The notes under the pieces are model-generated. The model made no database searches. It saw only the letters and a list, made by a program, of their open reading frames with translations, and was not told where the DNA came from. Below are positions 36,950 through 48,606 of a DNA stretch of 64,000 nucleotides, in pieces. This DNA is from Desulfobacterales bacterium (lineage in GTDB: Bacteria > Desulfobacterota > Desulfobacteria > Desulfobacterales > UBA2174): the NCBI GenBank assembly GCA_963668645.2, contig CAXXWC010000021.1, positions 1,080,873 to 1,144,872 on the forward strand, read 5' to 3'. A program made the translations under genes and the position numbers. Numbering within the stretch: position 1 is the first letter of the stretch; each line of letters begins with the position of its first letter.

Positions 36950-38932
36950 TTACCTTTCCGTAATCACGCTGTAGACGCGGTAGCAGCGCATGCAGCGGGC
37001 CGCCTCGTGGTAGGCCTCGTCGACCTCGATCGGTTTTTCCACCTCTGTGAAAATCTGGCGCCGGACCTCGGGGTCGAGTTCGCGCACCTTGACGCGGTAC
37101 TCGTGGCGCACCGGAATCTGGACCCCCGAAGCGATCATCGGCTGGACGGCCGCCACGAGCTGGCTCATACGGTCGGCCGGATGGAAGCGCACCCGGCCGA
37201 GACTCAGATAGTCGTCGATGCAGCGGGCCGCCTGCTCGCCCTGCGCCATGGCCTGCACCAGGGTAGCCGGTCCGGTGGCGCAGTCGCCACCGGCGAAGAT
37301 ACCTTTGCGCGAGGTCATCAAGGTGTTGGGATGCGTGGCGATCAGTCCCCGGGATGTAAAAGTGATGCCGTCTTCGGGCGCCACCAGCCCGATCTCCACC
37401 TGCTGGCCGATAGCCGGAATCACTGTGTCTGTCTCCAGGGCAAAGGTGGTTCCTTCCACCGGCCGCACGCTGCGCCGGCCGGTTTCGTCCGGCGCACCGA
37501 GTTCCATGCGCACCAGCTCGATCCCGGTCACCCGGCCGTCTTCGGACAGGATGCGGGTCGGGTGGGTCAAAAAGTGAAAGTGAACCCCTTCCTTTTCTGC
37601 CGCATCGATCTCTTCATGGTCGGCCGGCATTTCCCTGCGTGAACGCCGATAGACAAGATGTACCTCGCTCGCACCTATTCGCAAGGCCGAACGGACGCAG
37701 TCCATGGCCACATTCCCCCCGCCCACCACCACCACCCGCTCGCCAAGAGAAAGCGGTACCCCCTTGTCGATGTAGTCGTGGTTGACCCGCAGCAGCATGT
37801 CCACGCCATATGCATAGCCGGCCATTCCTGCATCTTCGCCCAGGATCCCAATCCCCTTGCCCTTGTGGGCCCCGATGGCAAGGAAAATCGCCTTGTAGCC
37901 GTTGTTGAGCAGGCCGGTGAGGCTAAAATCGCGACCCATCTTACGGTTGTAAAAGATCTGGCCGCCGAGGGTTTCGATGATGCCGATTTCTCGCCCGAGC
38001 ACCGCCTTGGGCAGGCGATACTCGGGGATCCCGGTGGCGGCCATGCCACCAGGCACGGCCTTGGCCTCGTAAACGTCCACCGGGTAGCCGCGCAGCAGCA
38101 GGTGGTAGGCGGCCGAGATGCCGGCCGGTCCGGTGCCGATCACAGCTACCTTGAGGTCGCTGTCACGCTTCTGCGGCACACGGTAGCTGGTGAACCAGGC
38201 GTTGCTCACGTCCTGTTCGTGGTCGGCCACAAAGCGCTTGAGCACCTTGATCCCCACCGCTTCGTCCACCTGGGTACGCCGGCAGGCCATCTCGCAGAAA
38301 CGGACGCAGACCCGGCCGCATGTTGCGGCCATGGGATACTTCTGAAGTATGACACCCAGCGAGTGGGTGAACTTGCCGTCCTTGATGAAATCGATGTAGC
38401 GCGGCACGTCGACCTTGATTGGGCAGGCTTCGATGCACGGCGCTGTAATGTATGTGTAACCGGGCTGATGGCGGACTCGATCGTTGCATCCTATCTGTCG
38501 CACCAGCTCGGGCCGAAAAAACTGAATCAGGGCCAGCAGCGCCACCGGGGCTGTCTGCCCCAACCCACACAGGGAGGTCATGCGCATCTGCTCTCCGATG
38601 GTTTCGATTTCGTCGAGCAGCCTTTCGCTCCCGTCTCCGGCAGAGAGGTGCGCCAGCTTGGTGCGAATAATCTCGCTGCCGACCCTGCAAGGGGTGCATT
38701 TGCCGCACGACTCACGGGCTACCCGCTCCATGTACTGGCAGGCTGCATCAAGCAGGTTCACCTCCTTGTCGAAAATGAAAAACCCGTGACCGCCAAAAAA
38801 GGCTCTGATCGGGTTGCCCGGATCAAATTCGTCAAAAGTGTCAAATCCGGGAGTTTCCTCGATTTCGAAAATCTTGCGTGAGCGGTTGTCGATGCATTTT
38901 CCGTCCCAGACCCCGAAAATCACTTTTGCCAT
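36950..38932 (-). CDS. NuoF C-terminal (SLBB/4Fe-4S) :: GltD-like NAD(P)H-dependent FAD oxidoreductase fusion
   Basis: The ATG at 38932 has an AAGGGA RBS. ESCGKCTPCR and SLCGLGQTAP match a NuoF-type cluster. A GltD-type Cys-rich segment follows, then VAVIGTGPAGISAA and VVVVGGGNVAMD dinucleotide folds. I saw no FMN-binding NuoF N-domain. Confidence 0.85.
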   Translation of the reverse strand: MAKVIFGVWDGKCIDNRSRKIFEIEETPGFDTFDEFDPGNPIRAFFGGHGFFIFDKEVNLLDAACQYMERVARESCGKCTPCRVGSEIIRTKLAHLSAGDGSERLLDEIETIGEQMRMTSLCGLGQTAPVALLALIQFFRPELVRQIGCNDRVRHQPGYTYITAPCIEACPIKVDVPRYIDFIKDGKFTHSLGVILQKYPMAATCGRVCVRFCEMACRRTQVDEAVGIKVLKRFVADHEQDVSNAWFTSYRVPQKRDSDLKVAVIGTGPAGISAAYHLLLRGYPVDVYEAKAVPGGMAATGIPEYRLPKAVLGREIGIIETLGGQIFYNRKMGRDFSLTGLLNNGYKAIFLAIGAHKGKGIGILGEDAGMAGYAYGVDMLLRVNHDYIDKGVPLSLGERVVVVGGGNVAMDCVRSALRIGASEVHLVYRRSRREMPADHEEIDAAEKEGVHFHFLTHPTRILSEDGRVTGIELVRMELGAPDETGRRSVRPVEGTTFALETDTVIPAIGQQVEIGLVAPEDGITFTSRGLIATHPNTLMTSRKGIFAGGDCATGPATLVQAMAQGEQAARCIDDYLSLGRVRFHPADRMSQLVAAVQPMIASGVQIPVRHEYRVKVRELDPEVRRQIFTEVEKPIEVDEAYHEAARCMRCYRVYSVITER

Positions 38933-39579
38933 GACCGATCCCTTTCCGCTGCGCCGCAGTAGAGGCGTGGTTGAACTCGTCGGTGCGCGTACCGAGCAAT
39001 TGTTGTGCCATGGAAAGGAACTCAAAGCGGCGCGGGATGCAGATCCGTGAGATTATGGGATATAACCCATTAGAGGCGGGACTGGCAAACCTGTCGCTTC
39101 GCTTCTCGAATGTGTCAGCTCAGTTTACATCGTAAAAAACGATGAGCAGTGCCAGGTGACACGGCCTCGGTTGCGCGCGAGACAAAGTCCTCTGTGCAGA
39201 ATGGCAAAGAAAGGTAAGAGTAGTGGTAAGCGCTCACGGGGTATCCCGAAGCTACAATCTCAAAGCTTAACACACTGAATTAAAAAGAAAAATCGCTATA
39301 GCGTACTGAAATTTTAAAAAAATGGCTCTTCGCTGTTTCGTCTGGGTGGATTTGGTTTGTGTCGGGAATAAGGCGATAAAATCCCCCAGTGGTGCCATAT
39401 GCGAGTAGCCGTGACCTGTCGGTGACTAAGCAGCCGTTTGGAATCCATTTTTGCAGCTTTTCAAATTACTGCGTTTGCATGCAGCTATTCAATGACAGGA
39501 AATACAAGATCCGCCAGTCTCTCTCTAAGCGGTTTTAATTGTGGAGCATGGCGTTGTACCAACTCTTCGAGCACTTGGT

Positions 39580-40356
39580 CTAAAATCCCGGAGCTCCGAT
39601 CTGGCGGGATAATTTCCGGCACAGCATCAACAGCATAGTTTGGATCTGATCGATCCTGGGATCAGTCATTCGGGGGGTAGGACCTGATACGCTTATGGCA
39701 TAGGACGGCTTGCCCGCATAATCGAACACCGGCGCCGCTACGCACCGCAAGCCAAGACTCAGTTCTTCATTATCCAGTGCGTAGCCGCGCTGTCGGATTT
39801 GGACGGCTTCGGCTTTCAGACGCACTGGATCGGTTATGGTTTTGGGAGAGATCGCCACCAGTTCGGTTGATTCGAGATAGGCATTGAATTCGGACTCCGG
39901 CAAAAATGCCAATATCGCCTTTCCCAGTCCTGTACAGTAAGCTGGAGCAATCGCTCCCATGCCGACGTCGAAGCGTAGGATTTCGGAGCTGTTGATTTTA
40001 TCAAGATGTACAATCGCTCTGCCGTCCCAGTGCCCCAGGTTAACCGTTTCACCGAAAGCCAGGGCGAGTTCCTGCATAAAAGGATGGGCCGTGTGCCGGA
40101 TCTCAAAACCATCGAGTTTTTGCATGCCCAATTCAAGGACCTTGAAAGTCAGCTGGAAACCTCCTCCAGCAGCTCTCTCCACATACCCCAAATCTTTTAA
40201 TGTCATTAAAAATCGATGCGTTACAGCTCTACTCGTGTTCATCTGGCCCGCTATTTTGGATGCGGAGACGGCACCCTCGGTAGCGATCCGTTCCAGAATA
40301 TGCAAGCCTTTAGCAAGGGAGGAGATAAAATAGTATTTTTCACCTTTGGGGGGCAT
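39580..40356 (-). CDS. IclR-family transcriptional regulator
   Basis: N-terminal wHTH (SLAKGLHILERIA...SASKIAGQMNTSRAVTHRFLMTLKDLGYV) and a C-terminal IclR effector domain. A GTG alternative start lies at 40368. Confidence 0.88.
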   Translation of the reverse strand: MPPKGEKYYFISSLAKGLHILERIATEGAVSASKIAGQMNTSRAVTHRFLMTLKDLGYVERAAGGGFQLTFKVLELGMQKLDGFEIRHTAHPFMQELALAFGETVNLGHWDGRAIVHLDKINSSEILRFDVGMGAIAPAYCTGLGKAILAFLPESEFNAYLESTELVAISPKTITDPVRLKAEAVQIRQRGYALDNEELSLGLRCVAAPVFDYAGKPSYAISVSGPTPRMTDPRIDQIQTMLLMLCRKLSRQIGAPGF

Positions 40357-40738
40357 ACACAACCTCACTCAATGAGCAGATTCGGTAAGAAGAAAGCATT
40401 CTGCCTCACTATTTGTGACAATGTATACTATATATAGATAAGCTTCGCAGATCCAGGCTGTCAAGCATTTTCAGTGATCAACTTATGACTATGACTTGAT
40501 AATAAGCACCTTGAAGATTGGTAAATATTTACTTCAGATGCCCCGGCTCAGCACTGCAAGGCAGGCGATTCGTTAGTGTCTGGCCAACCGTTCCCCTACC
40601 GCGGGGCTCGGTTTTGCGTTATGTCTGAGGTCTACTGAAGACAGTTTTAGGGGAACCGCTTGCGGTAATCTTCCGCCTTACTTGCCAGCGGCAGTTTTTC
40701 GAACAGACAGGTCAGCAAAATTCGACCGTCACCGTTCA

Positions 40739-42691
40739 TCACTCTTCCCGGCGGTTCAGCTTCTTGGTGTACATCTCAAGCTTCAGGCCGGCAATCATTC
40801 CCTTCACCAGGGAGAACCAGCCGGGCGAATAGAGGCCCGTGGTGAGCCGGGTGAACAGATCGAGCTTACGCGGGGTGTAAGGAAACCAGTTGGCCTCCAG
40901 CTTGGCGCTGTTGGCGTCGATGAGAATCGACTTGATATTGGCGAAACAGTAAAAGCCGAACTCGCCCTTGTAGCGACCGATGCCACTCTGTTTGGCACCG
41001 CCGAAAGGCAACGCGTGGTTTCCTTCGGTGAGCATCACGTTGTTGATCGAAACGTTGCCGGTCACGATGGCCCTGGCCGTGCGTTCAGCCCGGGACAGGT
41101 CGGCGGACCAGACACTGGCCGACAGGCCGAACCGGCCAGCGTTGGCCAAGTCTACGGCCTCCTGATCGGCGTTGAAGGTCGCGATGGGTAGCACCGGCCC
41201 GAAGGTTTCCTCCTGCTCCAGCATCATCTCCGGCGTGACCCCGACCACCACCATGGGCGGAACCAGGGTCGATTGATCGTCCCACCCGGTCCCGGTGAGC
41301 AGCCGGGCACCCTTGGCCCGGGCATCGGCGATCTGGGCCGCGACCACCTTCACCTGGGCCGGCGATGTCATGGGACCGATGTCGGCCCGCCCGTCGTGAT
41401 CCGTGGCCTGGATCAACTGCCGGGTGCGGCGCACCACGGCGGCGGTGAAGGCCTCGGCGATGGATTCGTGAACCAGGACCTTTTCCACCGAGGTGCACGA
41501 TTGGCCCGTGTTGGTAAAGGCCCCCCAGACGGCCCCGGCCGCGGCCCGTTCGATATCGGCGTCCTCGAAAACGATCATCGGGTCCTTGCCCCCCATCTCT
41601 AACTCTACCGGGATAAGATGCCGGGCCGCGCGCTGCATGATCTGCTGCCCGGTGCGGGCGCTGCCGATGAAAAAGATCTTGTCCGGCCGGGCGTCGATGA
41701 GCGCATCGCCCATTTCAGCGCCCCGGCCGTAAACGATCTGGACCCAGTCGGGCCTGAAATCGGCTGCGGTAAGCAGCTCTTCCACCAAGCCGGCAAGAGG
41801 GGTCAGATGGGAGGGTTTGTAGACCACGGCGTTGCCCACCACGAAGGCCAGCGTGATGGGCACGATGGCCTGGTAAAACGGATAATTCCACGGGGAGATG
41901 ATCAGGGCTGTGCCCAGGGGCTCGAAGTAGATGCGCGATTTTTTGCCCATCAGGGCCAGGGGGGTGGGCACCTTGCGATCGGCCAAAATCCGCCGGCTCT
42001 GTTTGCCCAGGTAATCGAGATGGTCCAGGGTGCCGAAGATTTCGGCGGTCAGGGCGTCGATGCGCGATTTTCCGGTTTCCTGCTGAATGCGGTCGAGGAT
42101 CATGGCCTGGCGATCGATGATGATCTGCTTGAGTTTGGCGATGATCTCGAGGCGTTTTTCCAGGGGCCAGCCGGCGATCTCCCGCTGGGCTTCTCGGGCC
42201 CGGACGAAGATGCGCGTGATGTCCGCCGGGCTCGGGTCCTGAAAGGCGATGGGTTCTGACGGCACCGCGGGCGACGGGTGGTCACCGTCGCGCAGGACGA
42301 TCCTGGGGTGCCAATCGATGATGTCAAACACCTTGGGGCCGCAATACCCCTCGCCAGTGACATTGGCATAATAGAGACTCATGAGGGCCCCTTTGACCCC
42401 GATTTCCAGCAGGCGCAACCCGGCCCCCAGGGTCCCCGGCATCCTTTCGCGGTATGCACAAAGACTGAAGAGCAACCGAATGGCCCAGCGGGGCCACCAG
42501 GCGAAAAGGCCGCCGACAATTCTCAACCCGTCCAGATCGTCCCCGTTGAGATAAGCTGCCAGCCGATCGACGTGATCGAGGCATCCGGTACCGGAAAAGC
42601 ACGGCGAGGCGTCGGTGCCCGGAATCAGGACGTCACCGGCTCGCTCCAGGCCGCGCAGTTGTCGCAGGGTGAAGTAGCGTGAAATTTTCAT
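40739..42691 (-). CDS. aldehyde dehydrogenase with a ~150-aa N-terminal extension resembling the small subunit of GMC-type dehydrogenases (Gluconate_2-dh3-like)
   Basis: The ATG at 42691 lies in an ATGA overlap with the GMC gene stop. ALDH motifs are ELEMGGKDP and FTNTGQSCTSVEK. The N-terminus reads FTLRQLRGLERAGDVLIPGTDASP...GCLDHVDRLAAYL. The track ORF is extended 126 codons into the GMC gene and that extension is rejected. Confidence 0.85.
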   Translation of the reverse strand: MKISRYFTLRQLRGLERAGDVLIPGTDASPCFSGTGCLDHVDRLAAYLNGDDLDGLRIVGGLFAWWPRWAIRLLFSLCAYRERMPGTLGAGLRLLEIGVKGALMSLYYANVTGEGYCGPKVFDIIDWHPRIVLRDGDHPSPAVPSEPIAFQDPSPADITRIFVRAREAQREIAGWPLEKRLEIIAKLKQIIIDRQAMILDRIQQETGKSRIDALTAEIFGTLDHLDYLGKQSRRILADRKVPTPLALMGKKSRIYFEPLGTALIISPWNYPFYQAIVPITLAFVVGNAVVYKPSHLTPLAGLVEELLTAADFRPDWVQIVYGRGAEMGDALIDARPDKIFFIGSARTGQQIMQRAARHLIPVELEMGGKDPMIVFEDADIERAAAGAVWGAFTNTGQSCTSVEKVLVHESIAEAFTAAVVRRTRQLIQATDHDGRADIGPMTSPAQVKVVAAQIADARAKGARLLTGTGWDDQSTLVPPMVVVGVTPEMMLEQEETFGPVLPIATFNADQEAVDLANAGRFGLSASVWSADLSRAERTARAIVTGNVSINNVMLTEGNHALPFGGAKQSGIGRYKGEFGFYCFANIKSILIDANSAKLEANWFPYTPRKLDLFTRLTTGLYSPGWFSLVKGMIAGLKLEMYTKKLNRREE

Positions 42692-44106
42692 GATCGGATG
42701 TCCCTCATCATCGTGTCGGCCGCCATCTTCGAAAGGGCCATGATTGTCAGCGAAGGATTGATCCCCGGTGCGTTGGGAAAAATGCTCGAATCGGCCGCGA
42801 AAATGTCCGTATGACCGTGGAGGCTGAAGTCCGGTGCCACCACGCTGGTGGCCGGATCGGTCCCCATGCGGCACCCCCCCATGAGGTGCAGCCCGATGCC
42901 GTAAACGCCGTGGATGATCTCCTTGGCCCCGGTGGCATTGAAGATCTCGTCGATCACGGTCGTGCCGCGCCGCCACCGGGCCAGGTCCTCTTGGGAACGC
43001 GGCTTGCGGATCACGGTGCGCCCCTTGCGATCGAGGCGGATGCGCCCGGGGGCTGTATCGCGAGTGCACACCTCGATGCAGGCCAGATGGGCCAGCTGTT
43101 CCATAATCCCCTGGTGGTGCCTTCCGAAACCGTTGATCAACAGGGCAATGGCCCCCGGGCCGGCATAGACGTTTTCCAGCTTGAAGCCTTCCTGGCGAAA
43201 ACCGGGGTCATCCGACTTGAAGGCCTGGAATGCGCCCAGGTGGGCTTTGATCGGCCGCTGGTAAAGCCCGAAGTGCATGTACTGGGGGTGGCAGTAAAAA
43301 TATCTGCCCAGGGCGGGCAGTCGCCGGGCGAAACCCGAGCGCAGCAGCAGCCGCGTGTTGCCGATGGCCCCTGCGGCCAGGACCAGACGGCGGCCACGGT
43401 ACTGGACGCGGCCGCCATGCCGGTCCAGGGCCTGAATGTCGATCCGGTCGCTGCGGCGCACGATCTGGACGACTTCGGTTTCGGGCACCAAGGTCAGTCC
43501 GGCTTCGATGGCCCGTTTGAGGACGGTTTCCGGCGTGCTCTGCTTGCTGCCGATGCGGCAGCCGTTGAGGCACTCGATGCAGCAGTTGCCGTCCTCGTAA
43601 CGGCAGTCGCGCTGGGCCCGGCGCAGCGGGGCCAACCGGTAGCCGAGCCGGGCGAACCCCTCGGCGAAGATCTCGGCGTTGGCGTTGCGAAAGGCCGCCG
43701 GAATCTCCTGGATCGAAATTTCGGTCTCGGCCCGCTCGTACCAGGGAACCATGGCCTCGGTGCGAAAAAAATCCACCCCCGAAGCGGTGCGCCAACTATC
43801 CAGGGCGTCGTCGTCGAACCGGTCCACCAGGGCCTGGTTGACCACCGAGCCGCCGCCCACCACCTTGGGCCGCAAAAATGCGATGCGCGCCCGGTCGTCG
43901 AGTTCGAGCCCTCCGGACCAGTAAAGCTGGGCCGTGCCATCCAGATCGTTGGACGGATAGGCATGGCGGGCATAGCGACGCCCGGCTTCGAGCATCAGGC
44001 AGTGCAGACCACTTCGGCAAAGGTTCTGGGCGATAAAAGGCCCCGAGATGCCGGCGCCCACGATGACAACGTCGTAAAGGGTGGGGTGTGGATGAGTCAC
44101 TGGCAA
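42688..44106 (-). CDS. GMC-family FAD-dependent oxidoreductase
   Basis: N-terminal YDVVIVGAGISGPFIA and a C-terminal HLMGGCRMG...ADSSIFPNAPGINPSLTIMAL. 472 aa. Confidence 0.88.
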   Translation of the reverse strand: MPVTHPHPTLYDVVIVGAGISGPFIAQNLCRSGLHCLMLEAGRRYARHAYPSNDLDGTAQLYWSGGLELDDRARIAFLRPKVVGGGSVVNQALVDRFDDDALDSWRTASGVDFFRTEAMVPWYERAETEISIQEIPAAFRNANAEIFAEGFARLGYRLAPLRRAQRDCRYEDGNCCIECLNGCRIGSKQSTPETVLKRAIEAGLTLVPETEVVQIVRRSDRIDIQALDRHGGRVQYRGRRLVLAAGAIGNTRLLLRSGFARRLPALGRYFYCHPQYMHFGLYQRPIKAHLGAFQAFKSDDPGFRQEGFKLENVYAGPGAIALLINGFGRHHQGIMEQLAHLACIEVCTRDTAPGRIRLDRKGRTVIRKPRSQEDLARWRRGTTVIDEIFNATGAKEIIHGVYGIGLHLMGGCRMGTDPATSVVAPDFSLHGHTDIFAADSSIFPNAPGINPSLTIMALSKMAADTMMRDIRS

Positions 44107-44138
44107 TACCTCTCAGAAGCGGCCGCAGGGTCACAGGC

Positions 44139-45362
44139 TCATAAAAGAGCCATCCCCTGGCCGCGGTAGGTGACGGCCTCGGCAACAATGCGGTCTGCGG
44201 CGACAAGGGCCAGGGTGTTGAAGCGCTCGCAGAGCTCACCGGCCTTGGCATGCTGGAAAAAAACCGGGTCCCCGGGCACCGGGGCATAAGTGGCACCACC
44301 GAGACGCAGGGGAGTCTGCACCTCACCAGCCCCTTCGATGCCGATGTAGCGCATCCCCGGAGGCATCACCGGCCAGGGCAGCTTTTCCGGTCCCACCTGC
44401 CCGGAAGCCACGTATCCGCCGCCGGCACAGGTGATCATCCCGGCCGCCGGTACGCGGACCACCTGCAGGGCGAAGAAAGCCGCCGGTTGAAACCGGACCT
44501 CGCAAAAATGGCCGAAGAGTCCCGGTGCAAAAAAAGCCGAACCGGCGCTGACTTCCGTGACGGCCGGATCGGCACCGGTGGACACCAGACTGCCGCTGCC
44601 GCCGCCATTGACCGCCCGCAGCCCATGCCCGGCACCTACCAGGGCGTCGACGATACGCCGCCGCCGGCGGGTGAGCTCCTTGACCGAAAAACGTTTGATC
44701 AGGCGCATGAGCCGGTTGTGAAAAGAACGGCCGGGCAACCGGTCGTTGACCGAGGCGATCTGGGCCTCGTAGCCCATGACGGCGTCGATGGCCACCCCGT
44801 TCAGGGCGGCGGCCGCCTCGGCCAGAATGCGCGCCTCCTGCGCGGTGCGCACCGGACTGCGGCGCACCCCCAGGTGGATCCAGGGCCCCAGAGGCCGCCA
44901 GGACATATCGATCTCCAGGCAGGCCTTCAGGGTCACCCCGGCCCTCCGGCCGGCTGCGGCCAGGGCTTCCAGATGGGCCGGGCAGTCGACCATCTGGGAA
45001 ACCTGGACGCCCCGGCGGGTAAGTTCCACCAGCAGGGCCAGGTCCGAGGGCTGGACCGTGGGATAGGCGACGATCAGATCGTTGAATCCGTGGCCGGCCA
45101 GAAAGGCGGCTTCCTCAACGCTGAAGGCGAGGATCCCCTGGTAGCCGGACCCGCCTTTATCGAAGACCCGCTTGAGCAGCTCCAGGCAGCGGATCGATTT
45201 GGACGCGACACGGATCTTCTTGCCGGTGTGCGCTTGGGTGGCCGCCACGTAAGCGATGTTGGCGTCGAAGCGGTCCAGGTCCACCAGCGCCAGGGGAAGA
45301 CGCCTCCCGGCGATCAGACTCCGGTAGCGCTGGTAATCCCGGTCCCAGTTCAGAACAGCCAT
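44139..45362 (-). CDS. PLP-dependent enzyme with an alanine-racemase-type N-terminal barrel (D-serine deaminase / D-threonine aldolase-like, COG3616)
   Basis: LALVDLDRFDANI...KIRVASKSIRC (candidate PLP lysine). 407 aa. It sits 33 nt upstream of the GMC gene on the same strand. Confidence 0.78.
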   Translation of the reverse strand: MAVLNWDRDYQRYRSLIAGRRLPLALVDLDRFDANIAYVAATQAHTGKKIRVASKSIRCLELLKRVFDKGGSGYQGILAFSVEEAAFLAGHGFNDLIVAYPTVQPSDLALLVELTRRGVQVSQMVDCPAHLEALAAAGRRAGVTLKACLEIDMSWRPLGPWIHLGVRRSPVRTAQEARILAEAAAALNGVAIDAVMGYEAQIASVNDRLPGRSFHNRLMRLIKRFSVKELTRRRRRIVDALVGAGHGLRAVNGGGSGSLVSTGADPAVTEVSAGSAFFAPGLFGHFCEVRFQPAAFFALQVVRVPAAGMITCAGGGYVASGQVGPEKLPWPVMPPGMRYIGIEGAGEVQTPLRLGGATYAPVPGDPVFFQHAKAGELCERFNTLALVAADRIVAEAVTYRGQGMALL

Positions 45363-45430
45363 GCGGCCCCTCCCGGATCAACGGAAAATCACACTTTGAA
45401 CGACGAATCATTGAGTATATGCAAATCACC

Positions 45431-45458
45431 CAAAGCCGGCCGGATGTCAAGGCCGGCC

Positions 45459-45461
<3 letters not shown>
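45431..45461 (-). terminator. hairpin immediately after the SNF2 stop codon
   Basis: On the minus strand the sequence reads TAAGGCCGGCC-ttgacatcc-GGCCGGCTTTGGG. The GC stem is 7-8 bp and the T tract is short. Confidence 0.4.
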
Positions 45462-48473
<3,012 letters not shown>

Positions 48474-48606
48474 AGCAAGAATCAGCCGTCAAGTTGTAAA
48501 ATAAGGTCATATACCTTAAGTGCAGCCAGTTTAAAACAGCAATGGCAAATCTGCTGTTTCATGCCTTGCACCATGGGATTCGCCCTGAAAAGCGTGGTCG
48601 CTGGAG

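Noticed and set aside
42692-43069. A 126-codon N-terminal extension of the aldehyde dehydrogenase ORF as listed in the track (start 43069).
   Set aside because: The extension lies entirely inside the GMC oxidoreductase gene in another frame and is Arg/His/Gly-rich. The ATG at 42691 forms an ATGA overlap with the GMC stop, and the protein reads sensibly from there.
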